Notes: generated from the sequence alone by a model not told the origin. Positions 10,105 through 18,923 are shown, counted from the first letter of the stretch. The stretch is DNA of 64,000 nucleotides from Abditibacteriaceae bacterium (GCA_031425655.1 JANPJS010000045.1:16305-80304), one strand, 5' to 3'. Numbers and translations are program-made.

Positions 10105-11067
10105 ATGCCCCTGCTTTCGCTCGAAAACCTGCACATTCGCTTTGGCGCCACGACGGTCGTGGACGGCGTGGATTTATCTATCGAACCGGGCGAAACACTG
10201 GCTTTAGTCGGCGAAAGCGGCTGCGGTAAAAGCGTGACGGCACTGGCAATTTTGCGGCTTTTGCCGCCGCCCGGCGCGGTTTCCGGTTCAATTCGCTTTG
10301 AAAACGCCGACCTGACTTCGCACAGCGAAGCGCAACTCGACGATTTACGCGGCGGCGCCATCAGCGTGATTTGGCAAGACCCGTTGGCGGCTTTGAATCC
10401 GCTTTTGCCGGTCGGCGTGCCGATTATCGAAGCCCTTGTGCGCCACAAGAAACTCGATAAAAAAGCGGCGCGCCTGCAAGCCATCGAAGTGCTGCACCGC
10501 GTCGGCATTCCCCAGCCGGAAAAGCGTTTGGACGATTATCCGCATCAAATGTCGGGCGGTCAGCGCCAGCGCGTAATGATCGCCGCCGCTATCGCCTGCG
10601 GCCCCAAATTGCTCATCGCCGACGAGCCGACAACCGCCTTAGACGTTTCGGTTCAAGCGCAAATTCTCGAATTGTTAAAAGAGCTTTCGCGCGAATTAGG
10701 CACGGCGCTGTTGCTTATCACGCACGATTTGGGCGTTGTGGCGCAATTGGCACAGTGCGTGGCCGTGATGTATGCCGGGCAAATCGTCGAAACGGGTAGC
10801 GTGGCAGAGATTTTCGCGCGCCCTCAGCATCCTTATACGCAGGGACTTTTGCTCGCCACGCCGCGCCTTGACAGCGATGCCATGCCATTGCCGATTCCCG
10901 GAACCGTCCCCGCTCCGGGCCGCTGGCCGCAGGGCTGCCGCTTCAAAGCGCGCTGCCCGTTGGCGCAAGAAATATGCAACGAAATGCCACCGCTCGAATC
11001 GCACAACGACGCGCAGCCGGCGCGTTGCTGGTTCGCCGGACAAAAAGCGTGGCCAATCGGGAAATAG
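10105..11067 (+). CDS. Oligopeptide/dipeptide ABC transporter ATP-binding protein (OppD/DppD type), orphan
   Basis: GESGCGKS, MSGGQRQR, IADEPT, C-terminal HPYT..GCRF..RC; no permease adjacent. Confidence 0.92.
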   Translation: MPLLSLENLHIRFGATTVVDGVDLSIEPGETLALVGESGCGKSVTALAILRLLPPPGAVSGSIRFENADLTSHSEAQLDDLRGGAISVIWQDPLAALNPLLPVGVPIIEALVRHKKLDKKAARLQAIEVLHRVGIPQPEKRLDDYPHQMSGGQRQRVMIAAAIACGPKLLIADEPTTALDVSVQAQILELLKELSRELGTALLLITHDLGVVAQLAQCVAVMYAGQIVETGSVAEIFARPQHPYTQGLLLATPRLDSDAMPLPIPGTVPAPGRWPQGCRFKARCPLAQEICNEMPPLESHNDAQPARCWFAGQKAWPIGK

Positions 11068-11221
11068 CACTTTCAATGGAACACGGGCCTACGGCATCCT
11101 GTCCAGAGGGCGCCCGAAACGACACAGATTCATCCGCCCAAAGGGCACCCGATTTTTTGGATTGATCTGCGGAAATCCCTGTGCATCCGCGAAATCCGTG
11201 TTCTATTGAAAGTGCTATTTC
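11061..11221. repeat. Palindromic intergenic element, TTTCAATGGAACACGG family, copy 2
   Basis: 26-bp inverted repeat gaaatagcactttcaat(g/a)gaacacgg that includes the TAG stops of both convergent genes. Confidence 0.85.
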
Positions 11222-11511
11222 GGCCACAGCGGATGCAAAATGAGAAACAGCGAAACAACGCTGACCATTGACCACAACGCGGCGATGAGCAGCGGCTTTT
11301 TCAAAATGCAGCGCGTGTCGTTTTTGCCCGCGCGATAAGCCAGAATGTAGAAAATTGCCGTCGCACCGGCGGCGACCGGCAAAGCGAAACGGCCCGTTAG
11401 CAAAATCAACGTCGCGGCCTTGCAAAAGGTGAACGCAATGCCTTCGTAAACTTCGCCCGGCGTTTTAGTGCGCGTTTTGATTTCGTCGGTTGGAATTGCT
11501 TCGTGCATCAT
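11215..11511 (-). CDS. Small membrane protein, last gene of the rSAM-Lgt operon
   Basis: 98 aa with hydrophobic segments; start abuts the upstream stop. Confidence 0.75.
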   Translation of the reverse strand: MMHEAIPTDEIKTRTKTPGEVYEGIAFTFCKAATLILLTGRFALPVAAGATAIFYILAYRAGKNDTRCILKKPLLIAALWSMVSVVSLFLILHPLWPK

Positions 11512-11838
11512 TTAGTCTCGTTTCGTCAGACGCATCAAAACGCGCCAACACGCAAAGGCGGCGGCTAAAAGAACGGCGCCGACCATGATTAAAATGGGCC
11601 GCAGTTCAGGGTATTCTCTGATGCCGTTAATGCCGGTTATCGTCGTGCAGGCGCCGAATGCGCCGAATCCCAAAGCGAGCAACGCCAGAACTACGATGCC
11701 CGCAAGCCGCGCCGCTTTGAACGGTTTCATCTCAATGCGAGCGCCGCACGCCGGGCAAAGCGGCACTAATTCAGGCAGGGCCATGCCGCAGTTGGGACAG
11801 GAATAAGGTTCAATCGGCGGAATCGGCGGCGCGCTCAT
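11512..11838 (-). CDS. Zinc-ribbon + 2 TM protein with lipobox-like FGAC
   Basis: CPNCG..CPACG, hydrophobic helix ending GFGAFGAC, second TM; paralog of 11843-12184. Confidence 0.85.
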   Translation of the reverse strand: MSAPPIPPIEPYSCPNCGMALPELVPLCPACGARIEMKPFKAARLAGIVVLALLALGFGAFGACTTITGINGIREYPELRPILIMVGAVLLAAAFACWRVLMRLTKRD

Positions 11839-11842
11839 GGTT

Positions 11843-12184
11843 TCACTTTCTCTTCAATTTAGCGATACCGATGGCGCACAGCACGGCGGTGGCGCATAAA
11901 GCAAGGCCAACGGCGCCAAAGACCAGCGCACCGACATAATTATTGATAGTGCCGTCGAAAAACGCACTAATGGGCGCTGTCACGAAGCAGGCTCCCAAAA
12001 GACCCGTCGGCACCATAAAAAGCGCGAGGACGCTCATCATTAAACAGTTCAACCATTGCGGTTTGCGCTGCGCGTTATCGGTGTGCGCGCCACACGCCGG
12101 GCAAAATTCGACGATTTCGGGCAGCGGCAGACCGCAATTCGGACAGCTATACGGTTCAAAAGAGGGAATTGGCGGCGCGTTCAT
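11843..12184 (-). CDS. Zinc-ribbon + 2 TM protein with lipobox-like LLGAC
   Basis: Start MNAPPIP overlaps the Lgt stop (ATGA); CPNCG..CPACG; TM ending GLLGAC. Confidence 0.85.
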   Translation of the reverse strand: MNAPPIPSFEPYSCPNCGLPLPEIVEFCPACGAHTDNAQRKPQWLNCLMMSVLALFMVPTGLLGACFVTAPISAFFDGTINNYVGALVFGAVGLALCATAVLCAIGIAKLKRK

Positions 12185-12888
12185 AATGATGCTCTGAGTT
12201 GTGACTTGCGGCTTTGGCGAGTCAAATAACCATGCCAAATCACGATAATGGCCGCAATTTCCAGGCAAATAAGCTGCGCAAGCGAAAGCGGGCCGATAAT
12301 CGCCGGGCTTTCGCGGAAAAACTCCAAGACGAAGCGACCAAATGTGAAAAGCAGCAGATAAAGTCGAAATAAATCGCCTTCGCGCCGCGTTTTTGCGCGC
12401 AAATTCCACAAAATAACGAAAATCGTCGCGGCAATCAGCGTGGCATAAAGCTGCGCCGGATGTCGCCACGCGCCGTGCTGAAAAATCGCCCACGGCAGAT
12501 GCGCCGCATCGCAGCGCGTGCCGAAACAGCAGCCATTGAAATAACAACCGATGCGTCCGATGGCTTCGCCTGTCGGTAAGGCCAGCGCCCACAAATCGCC
12601 CGTCGAACGCCGAATGCCCAGCCGCTTTTTAGCGATTTCCACAAACAGCCAGCCGCCGAGCAAACCTCCGATTAAAGCGCGTCCGCCGGGCGCGGTCAAT
12701 GATGCCGCGTCAGCGCCGGGCGTGGAAAGCCAAGCCGCGATGCGCGCTCCTAAAACTCCGCCGACCACGCCCCAGAACGCCACCAGTTTCATGCCTTCGG
12801 TGGATAAACGACGTTCGCGTGCTGCGATGAAAAAGACGGTTGCGCCCGCAACGTAAGCTAAAAAAGTGAAAAATTCGCCAAGTGTCAT
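12181..12888 (-). CDS. Prolipoprotein diacylglyceryl transferase (Lgt) family paralog
   Basis: GGVLGARI, GGLLGG, GD..ALAL..GEAIGRIGCYFNGCCFG, RHPAQLY, RFVLEFFR; short at 235 aa. Confidence 0.88.
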   Translation of the reverse strand: MTLGEFFTFLAYVAGATVFFIAARERRLSTEGMKLVAFWGVVGGVLGARIAAWLSTPGADAASLTAPGGRALIGGLLGGWLFVEIAKKRLGIRRSTGDLWALALPTGEAIGRIGCYFNGCCFGTRCDAAHLPWAIFQHGAWRHPAQLYATLIAATIFVILWNLRAKTRREGDLFRLYLLLFTFGRFVLEFFRESPAIIGPLSLAQLICLEIAAIIVIWHGYLTRQSRKSQLRASL

Positions 12889-12895
12889 AAAAATG

Positions 12896-13020
12896 AACCA
12901 CAGAGGGCACAGAGAACACAGAGAAATTTGAGAACAGTCAAGCTAAAGGCTTTTTCGTGTTGCTTCATTGCTCAGTTCTCAACTCTTGAAACCTCTGTGT
13001 TCACTGTGCCCTCTGTGGTT
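12896..13020. repeat. 9-mer-repeat hairpin element (CACAGAG units) inside the rSAM-Lgt operon
   Basis: aaccacagagggcacagagaacacagag and its inverse, 27/28 match. Confidence 0.85.
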
Positions 13021-13022
13021 TA

Positions 13023-14582
13023 TTAAACAGCCTCCAGCGGAATTATGCCTTCCACGAGGCGATGTTCGGGAAAGTCTTCGGCGTCGTCGAACAAATAGCG
13101 CCAGCAAAACGAATAACGGCGCGGGTCTTTTTCAAAAGTGCCGGTGTGAACGCAGCATTGCCGCAGGCGGGCCGAGTGCAGCGTGTGCGCGTCCATGAAC
13201 ATTTTGACCGTGATGCGAAACGTCTTCTCGGCGGTTTTTTCCAGCATCGAATCGCTCCAATCGCGCGCCGGACGCCATAATTCCAGCAATTCCGGCAGGC
13301 CCGCGACACAGCCGCACAAACGCGATAAATCGCGCGCCAGTTGCGGCGCGCCAAGCGGCAGTTGCTCTGAGAAAACGCGCGCAAGGGCGCCCGAACGCAG
13401 CATTTCTTTGAGCGAATCGGAGGCGCTTTCAAAAGAAATCGTGTTGGCGAAAAGGTGCAGCCACGATTTCAATTCGTCGCGCCCGATAAGCTGTGGCAAC
13501 GATTTCCAGCCGTTGCGGGTTTGCAAAAGATAGGTAATATCGCAGCAATCGCGGTGCGAGCAGGGCAAAGGTATGAAATCGTCGCCGCGCAATAAACCGT
13601 CGCTTTGAGCTTCCAATCGCCGCAAAACGCCGGTCGGCGTGAGGCGGTTTTGTGGGTCGTAAGCCACGGCGCGGCCCGAACCGAACATCGGCTGAATCGC
13701 CAAGCCGGAACAATGCGGCGTGTCCAAACCGAGTTGCACGACGGCGCCCAATTCGTCGTCGTTGACGCCCTGTGCGGCTGTCATTACTAACGTCGTCCAC
13801 ACGCCGGCTTTGCTTAATCGCTGCAAAGCGCGCAATTTTTCTGCGGCCACGTCGTCGCCGCGCAAAGTGAGATAAGTTTGTGGTCGCAAGCCATCGAATT
13901 GCAGGTAAATCTCGATTTTCCTGCGATGTTTTTGCAAGAATTGCAGGAATTTATCGTCGCGCGCGATGCGGCGCCCGTTGGTGTTGATGAGAATGCGCGT
14001 GATCGGCAAATCGCTCAGCGATTCGATGACTTGCGGCAAATCTTCGCGCACGGTTGGCTCGCCGCCCGACAGCATCAGCACGCCCAATTTGCCGTTTTCG
14101 CGCGCCAACATGGTTTCGACGGTGCGGCGGATTTCGTCAATCGAAGGATGCTCCGGCTGCGGCGAGGGCGTGCCGGGCGCAAGCGCCGAAGCGTAGCACG
14201 CCGGGCACGAATAATTGCAGCGAGCCGTGACGTTGAGCAGCAAAATGCAGGTGTGTTGGCCGTGCGAGGCCGGCAAACCGTCGCGGTAGGCGTCGGGAAA
14301 GGCGCCGAAATTATCGGCGCGATCCGGCGTGACACGAAGCGTCGGCGCACTCCAACCTTGCCGGGCGCGCCACAATTCGGCGTCTTCTTCGTAAAGCGAT
14401 TCGCTTTCGCCGTGCGAAGCACAAAAGCGGCGCATCCAGACTTTGCCTTCTCGGCTCACCAGCATTCCGTCTTTCCAAATATCGGCTTCATCCGAGCGCC
14501 GTGCGCGTTCGGCGAAGCATTGCGGGCAAACCGTGGTTGTGTATTCTTCGATGAGATAATCGCGCGGCGGCATTCCAATCAT
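13023..14582 (-). CDS. Radical SAM protein of the Tes/GDGT-MAS (MJ0619-like) family
   Basis: N-terminal TVCPQC..RFCASHG; CNYSCPAC; SGGEPT; NTNG; YLQFDG; IPLPCSHRDCC; C-terminal FMDAH..RLRQCCVH..SFC. Confidence 0.85.
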   Translation of the reverse strand: MIGMPPRDYLIEEYTTTVCPQCFAERARRSDEADIWKDGMLVSREGKVWMRRFCASHGESESLYEEDAELWRARQGWSAPTLRVTPDRADNFGAFPDAYRDGLPASHGQHTCILLLNVTARCNYSCPACYASALAPGTPSPQPEHPSIDEIRRTVETMLARENGKLGVLMLSGGEPTVREDLPQVIESLSDLPITRILINTNGRRIARDDKFLQFLQKHRRKIEIYLQFDGLRPQTYLTLRGDDVAAEKLRALQRLSKAGVWTTLVMTAAQGVNDDELGAVVQLGLDTPHCSGLAIQPMFGSGRAVAYDPQNRLTPTGVLRRLEAQSDGLLRGDDFIPLPCSHRDCCDITYLLQTRNGWKSLPQLIGRDELKSWLHLFANTISFESASDSLKEMLRSGALARVFSEQLPLGAPQLARDLSRLCGCVAGLPELLELWRPARDWSDSMLEKTAEKTFRITVKMFMDAHTLHSARLRQCCVHTGTFEKDPRRYSFCWRYLFDDAEDFPEHRLVEGIIPLEAV

Positions 14583-14597
14583 GGCTACAATTTTAGT
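14583..14597. promoter_or_regulatory. Overlapping divergent -10 boxes, probably driving leaderless transcripts
   Basis: TACAAT (+, 14586-14591) lies 6 nt before GTG 14598; TAAAAT (-, 14595-14590) lies 7 nt before ATG 14582. Confidence 0.5.
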
Positions 14598-15137
14598 GTG
14601 AAACGAACGTGGATGCTGTTTATCATCGCGGCGATAATTGGAAGCGGCGTGTTCTGGCTGCGCCGCGCGCCGAATCCATCGTGGCCTGTGCCTGCGCCGC
14701 TTCCGCTGCGTTTAACTCTGCCTTACGGCATGGCGCCGCCGGCTTTTAAGGCGTTCGTGCGCGCTTGTCATCGCGCGAAAATTCATCCGTGGCGCATCGG
14801 GCAAACCATCGGCGAGCATCCACTGTCGGTGGGCTACCATCGTCAAGACGGCGTGTGGCGGCTGAATAAAATGCCGTTCGATTATTGCGCCGCCGTGGAT
14901 TTAGGCACCAGCGACCTCAACGAAACGCAGATTAAGGTATTTCTCGAAGAGTTGGCGAAGCAGGGATTTGCGTCCTTTTATCGTCACGGAGGCAAATGGA
15001 AAGGCCGCGAGCATATTCACGCGATTTACGCGCTACTGCCGATGAAAATTCAACTGCGCCGCCAAGTGCGCGAATTTTTGCGCGAGCGCCGCGCCGCGAA
15101 GAAGCCGAATTTGAAGTGGGCGAAACGCTGGCGCTAA
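14598..15137 (+). CDS. Membrane-anchored putative M15/LAS-type metallopeptidase
   Basis: N-terminal TM; SVGYH..AAVDL..EHIHA zinc-ligand-like pattern; the real gene is the 3' part of ORF 13878-15137. Confidence 0.6.
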   Translation: MKRTWMLFIIAAIIGSGVFWLRRAPNPSWPVPAPLPLRLTLPYGMAPPAFKAFVRACHRAKIHPWRIGQTIGEHPLSVGYHRQDGVWRLNKMPFDYCAAVDLGTSDLNETQIKVFLEELAKQGFASFYRHGGKWKGREHIHAIYALLPMKIQLRRQVREFLRERRAAKKPNLKWAKRWR

Positions 15138-15198
15138 ACCGACGGGTTTCGCTTTGTTTTTGGTTTCAGCGCGGTTAAAATCAGCGCAGGAGAACGAA

Positions 15199-16461
15199 AT
15201 GAATCATTTAAAACATCCCTTGTTGATGGCCGGTGTGGCGCTTCTGCTTGCGGCTGAAATCGGGCACGCGCGTTGGATAAAGGTCACCGAACCTGTTCCC
15301 GTTGATCGTCTGGCCGCAAACGTAGCGCGCTATGTGAAAGAGCATCCGGCGGACGCCGAAGGCTATTACACGCTGGGGCGTATTCACAGCCTCGCCTTCG
15401 CGCGCGGCACGGCAACCGTTGAGGTGATTCCCGCCGGTAGCAAATATAAGCGGGAAAAGCCGGAATTGCCGGGCTTTGCCGGTTACGATTCGGTGCAGGT
15501 GCGACGGGAAAAATCGGAGGCGCCGCTCAGTGACGCGCTTGTGGCGCATTTGAAAGCCTCCGTAGCCAACTACGCCAAAGCCAGCGAGTTGGCGCCCACG
15601 AACGCGCTTTATCTGTTGGGTTACGGCTGGATGTTGGAGCAAGGCGCGCCTTATGCCTCCAAAATCGGCGCGCCGTGGGACGATAATCGGAAAAAGCAGG
15701 CCGAAGTCAAATCGGCGGATTGGCTGGAAAAGTCTTTGGCCGTTTATCGAAAAGCCTTTGATCTGACTGTTGAATCCGACGCCGGTAGAATGAGGGGGCC
15801 AAAGGCAGATAGCGCGATCAGTATCGAAGCTGGGCAGGGCATTTTTCGCATATATGGTGTTTCTCAGCACCCCTCTGAGGCCGACCAAAAGAAGACGGAT
15901 GCGGAAATGCAGGAAATCACCCGCGTGCGCGTCGGCTTCGCCAAAGTGATCGTTAGGCCGACGGCAGTCACGCCGATTATCGTGCCGCTGGGCCGCGAAA
16001 CGTCGCTGCGCGGCCTGCTGGCGCCGGGCAAAAGCGTGAGATTCGATTTAGCCGGCGATGGTTTGGGAAAGCGTTGGCCGTGGGTAAAGCCGGACACCGG
16101 CATTCTGGTGTGGGATCCGCAGCAGAGCGGGAAAATCACCTCCGGGCGGCAATTATTCGGCTCGGTAACGTGGTGGATTTTCTGGAAAAACGGCTACGAT
16201 GCGCTGGCCGCCCTCGACAACGACGGAAACGGTCTTTTAACCGGACGCGAACTGGATGGCATTTCAATCTGGCGCGATGGCAACGGCAACGGCGTTTCTG
16301 ATTTCGGCGAAGTCAAGTCGCTCGAAGAGTGGGACATCCGCGCCATTGCAACGCGCGCCAGTCGGAAAATTGAAGGCGTGCCTGCCAATCTGCGCGGCTG
16401 CCTCCGCAGCGACGGCACATGGCTGCCAACCTACGATTGGACGCCGCAATCGCTGGATTGA
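15199..16461 (+). CDS. Secreted TPR protein with a C-terminal Ca-binding (DxDGxG) domain
   Basis: RBS AGGAG, signal peptide, TPR-like helices, VRFDLAGDG..WV..SGRQLFG..LDNDGNG..WRDGNGNG. Confidence 0.8.
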   Translation: MNHLKHPLLMAGVALLLAAEIGHARWIKVTEPVPVDRLAANVARYVKEHPADAEGYYTLGRIHSLAFARGTATVEVIPAGSKYKREKPELPGFAGYDSVQVRREKSEAPLSDALVAHLKASVANYAKASELAPTNALYLLGYGWMLEQGAPYASKIGAPWDDNRKKQAEVKSADWLEKSLAVYRKAFDLTVESDAGRMRGPKADSAISIEAGQGIFRIYGVSQHPSEADQKKTDAEMQEITRVRVGFAKVIVRPTAVTPIIVPLGRETSLRGLLAPGKSVRFDLAGDGLGKRWPWVKPDTGILVWDPQQSGKITSGRQLFGSVTWWIFWKNGYDALAALDNDGNGLLTGRELDGISIWRDGNGNGVSDFGEVKSLEEWDIRAIATRASRKIEGVPANLRGCLRSDGTWLPTYDWTPQSLD

Positions 16462-16465
16462 ATGT

Positions 16466-16932
16466 TTAACCGCCAAGACGCCAAGGACGCCAAGAATTGT
16501 GAGGGATAATGGAACCAGGAAGTGAATTGGATTTGCTGGCGAGAGCCGTAATTGGTGCGGCCATCGAAGTGCATCGTCAGCTTGGCCCCGGTTTTCTGGA
16601 ATCGGTTTATGAGCAGGCGTTGGCGATTGAGTTCGCAGAACGTGGCCTTTCCTTCGCCCGACAAGTGGAAATCGCGGTGAATTATAAGGGGCAGCGAGTG
16701 GGCGAAGGGCGTTTGGATTTTCTGGTCGGTGGACTGCTCATCATAGAATTGAAAGCGGTCGAATCTTTAGCGCCCATTCATACAGCCCAAGTTCTCTCAT
16801 ATCTCAAAACTACCGGGTTTCAACTCGGCTTGCTCATCAACTTCAATGTTCCGGTGCTTAAACAAGGCTTGCGCCGCGTCATTCTTTCTTAGCCCTCGCA
16901 ATTCTTGGCGTCCTTGGCGTCTTGGCGGTTAA
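16466..16932. mobile_element. Putative GxxExxY element: a single gene inside 40-bp terminal inverted repeats
   Basis: 16466-16505 ttaaccgccaagacgccaaggacgccaagaattgtgaggg matches the reverse complement of 16893-16932 at 39/40; TTAA at both ends. Confidence 0.7.
16509..16892 (+). CDS. GxxExxY protein (PD-(D/E)XK nuclease fold)
   Basis: LGPGFLESVYE, RLDFLV..IIELKA, AQVLSYLK, GLLINF. Confidence 0.95.
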   Translation: MEPGSELDLLARAVIGAAIEVHRQLGPGFLESVYEQALAIEFAERGLSFARQVEIAVNYKGQRVGEGRLDFLVGGLLIIELKAVESLAPIHTAQVLSYLKTTGFQLGLLINFNVPVLKQGLRRVILS

Positions 16933-18826
16933 CCAGCTTGAAATAGACCGTTGCCAGCGGCGGAAGCGTGACTTCGATGGAATAAGGCAGGCCGTGCCAC
17001 GACTGTTCCTGCGATTCGACGCCGCCCAAATTGCCGACGTTTCCGCCCCAGTAGAGCGCCGAATCGGTGTTTAACAATTCGCGGTAAAAGCCGGGCTGCG
17101 GCACGCCGATGCGATAATGGTCGCGCGCAATTGGCGTGAAATTGGAAATCACAATCAGCGAATCGCTTTTGTCGGCGTCGTGGCGCATGAAAGAAACGGT
17201 GCAGTTTTCGGTATCGCTGCCGTCAATCCACGAAAAACCTTCGCGCTTGAAATCCACTTCGTAAAGCGCCGGCTCGCTTTTCAGCAGCCGATTCAATTCT
17301 TGCACCAGCCGTTGCACGCCCTGATGGCTGGACGCGGAAAGCGCATCCCATTCAAGCTGAGTGGCAAAAGCCCATTCCTGCCATTGGCCGAATTCTCCGC
17401 CCATGAAAAGCAGTTTTTTGCCGGGATGCGCCCACATAAAGCCCAAATACGCGCGCAAATTGGCGAATTGCTGCCATTCGTCGCCCGGCATTTTACCCAG
17501 CAGCGAACGCTTGAGATGCACCACTTCATCGTGCGAAAGCGGCAGCACGAAGTTTTCGTTGAACGAGTAGTGCAGGCTGTAAGTGATTTCGCTTTGGTGC
17601 CAGCGGCGGTGAATCGGCTCGTATTTTATGTATTTCAGGCTGTCGTTCATCCAGCCCATGTTCCACTTCATGCTGAAGCCTAAGCCTCCGACATAAGTCG
17701 GCATCGTAACCATCGGCCACGAGGTGGATTCTTCAGCGATGGTTAGCGTGCCGGGAAAAAGGCCGTGCGCGGCTTCGTTCATTTTCTGCAAAAACGAAAT
17801 CGCGCCCAGATTTTCGCGTCCGCCGTGCGCGTTGGGCATCCAGTCGCCGCCTTCGCGCGAATAATCGAGATACAGCATCGAAGCCACGGCGTCCACGCGC
17901 AGGCCGTCGAAGTGATACTTTTCCAGCCAGAAAAGCGCGTTTGACAGCAAAAACGAGCGCACTTCGCAGCGTTCGTAGTTGAAGATTAAAGTGCCCCAAT
18001 CAACGTGTTCACCCTGACGCGGATCGGCGTGCGAATATAAGTGCGTGCCGTCGAAATAATTGAGGCCGGAGCCGTCTTTGGGAAAGTGCGCCGGCACCCA
18101 GTCAAGCAAAACGCCGATGCCTTCCTGATGGCACTGGTCAATGAAATACATTAAGTCTTGCGGCGTGCCGAAACGGCTGGTCGGCGCGAAAAATCCCAGC
18201 ACTTGATAGCCCCACGATTGGTCGAAGGGAAACTCCAAAATCGGCAGAAATTCGATGTGCGTGAAGCCCATTTCCTTAACATAAGGGATGAGTTCATCCG
18301 CCATTTCGCGGTAAGTGAGATAACGCCGGCCCCATTGTTCGTCGTGTTTGGTGCGCCACGAGCCGAGATGCACTTCGTAAATCGAAAGCGGCTGATCGAG
18401 TGCTTGATGCTTCGCGCGATTAGCGACCCACGCGGCGTCGTTCCATTGATACGAATCGAGTTTGGCCACGACCGAACCGGTGCGAGGCCGCTGTTCCATC
18501 GCAAAACCATACGGATCGCATTTATCGTAGCCTTCGCCGCTCGCGCCGATGACGCGATATTTATAAACCGCGTGTTCGCCCAAACCGGGCATAAACAGCG
18601 TCCAGATGCCGCCCGTTCCCGGCGTCATCGGGTGACTGCTGTTATTCCATTCGTTGAACTCGCCGAAGAGAAACACCTGCTGCGCGTTGGGCGCCCAGAC
18701 CGAAAACCGCACGCCGTCTTTGCCGCCGTGTTGCGTGATATGCGCGCCCATTTTGTCGTAGATGCGCTCGTGCGTGCCTTCGCCAAAAAGGTGCAGGTCG
18801 AGATCGGTAAACCAAGAGTTTTTCAT
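16889..18826 (-). CDS. glgB: 1,4-alpha-glucan branching enzyme
   Basis: VWAPNA, IYEVHLGSW, DWVPAHF, LRVDAVASM, IAEES, LSHDEVVH; the C-terminal NRQDAKDAKNCEG is encoded by the element's inverted repeat. Confidence 0.97.
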   Translation of the reverse strand: MKNSWFTDLDLHLFGEGTHERIYDKMGAHITQHGGKDGVRFSVWAPNAQQVFLFGEFNEWNNSSHPMTPGTGGIWTLFMPGLGEHAVYKYRVIGASGEGYDKCDPYGFAMEQRPRTGSVVAKLDSYQWNDAAWVANRAKHQALDQPLSIYEVHLGSWRTKHDEQWGRRYLTYREMADELIPYVKEMGFTHIEFLPILEFPFDQSWGYQVLGFFAPTSRFGTPQDLMYFIDQCHQEGIGVLLDWVPAHFPKDGSGLNYFDGTHLYSHADPRQGEHVDWGTLIFNYERCEVRSFLLSNALFWLEKYHFDGLRVDAVASMLYLDYSREGGDWMPNAHGGRENLGAISFLQKMNEAAHGLFPGTLTIAEESTSWPMVTMPTYVGGLGFSMKWNMGWMNDSLKYIKYEPIHRRWHQSEITYSLHYSFNENFVLPLSHDEVVHLKRSLLGKMPGDEWQQFANLRAYLGFMWAHPGKKLLFMGGEFGQWQEWAFATQLEWDALSASSHQGVQRLVQELNRLLKSEPALYEVDFKREGFSWIDGSDTENCTVSFMRHDADKSDSLIVISNFTPIARDHYRIGVPQPGFYRELLNTDSALYWGGNVGNLGGVESQEQSWHGLPYSIEVTLPPLATVYFKLVNRQDAKDAKNCEG

Positions 18827-18827
18827 G

Positions 18828-18862
18828 AAAATTTTGAATTTTGAATTTTGAATTTCGAATTG
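18828..18862. repeat. Heptamer tandem repeat (TTTTGAA)
   Basis: aaattttgaattttgaattttgaatttcgaatt directly upstream of the glgB start. Confidence 0.7.
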
Positions 18863-18923
18863 CGACTCGCACAGAGCGCAGTTCTGTTCTCAATTCTATC
18901 GCGCTATGCAAAGCGCGGCGCGT

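Noticed and set aside
12185..12592. N-terminal extension of ORF 11843-12592
   Set aside because: Overlaps Lgt in another frame; the paralog alignment and ATGA coupling put the start at 12184.
13878..14597. 5' part of the 419-aa plus-strand ORF
   Set aside because: Antisense to the radical SAM gene; only the part from GTG 14598 looks like a real protein.
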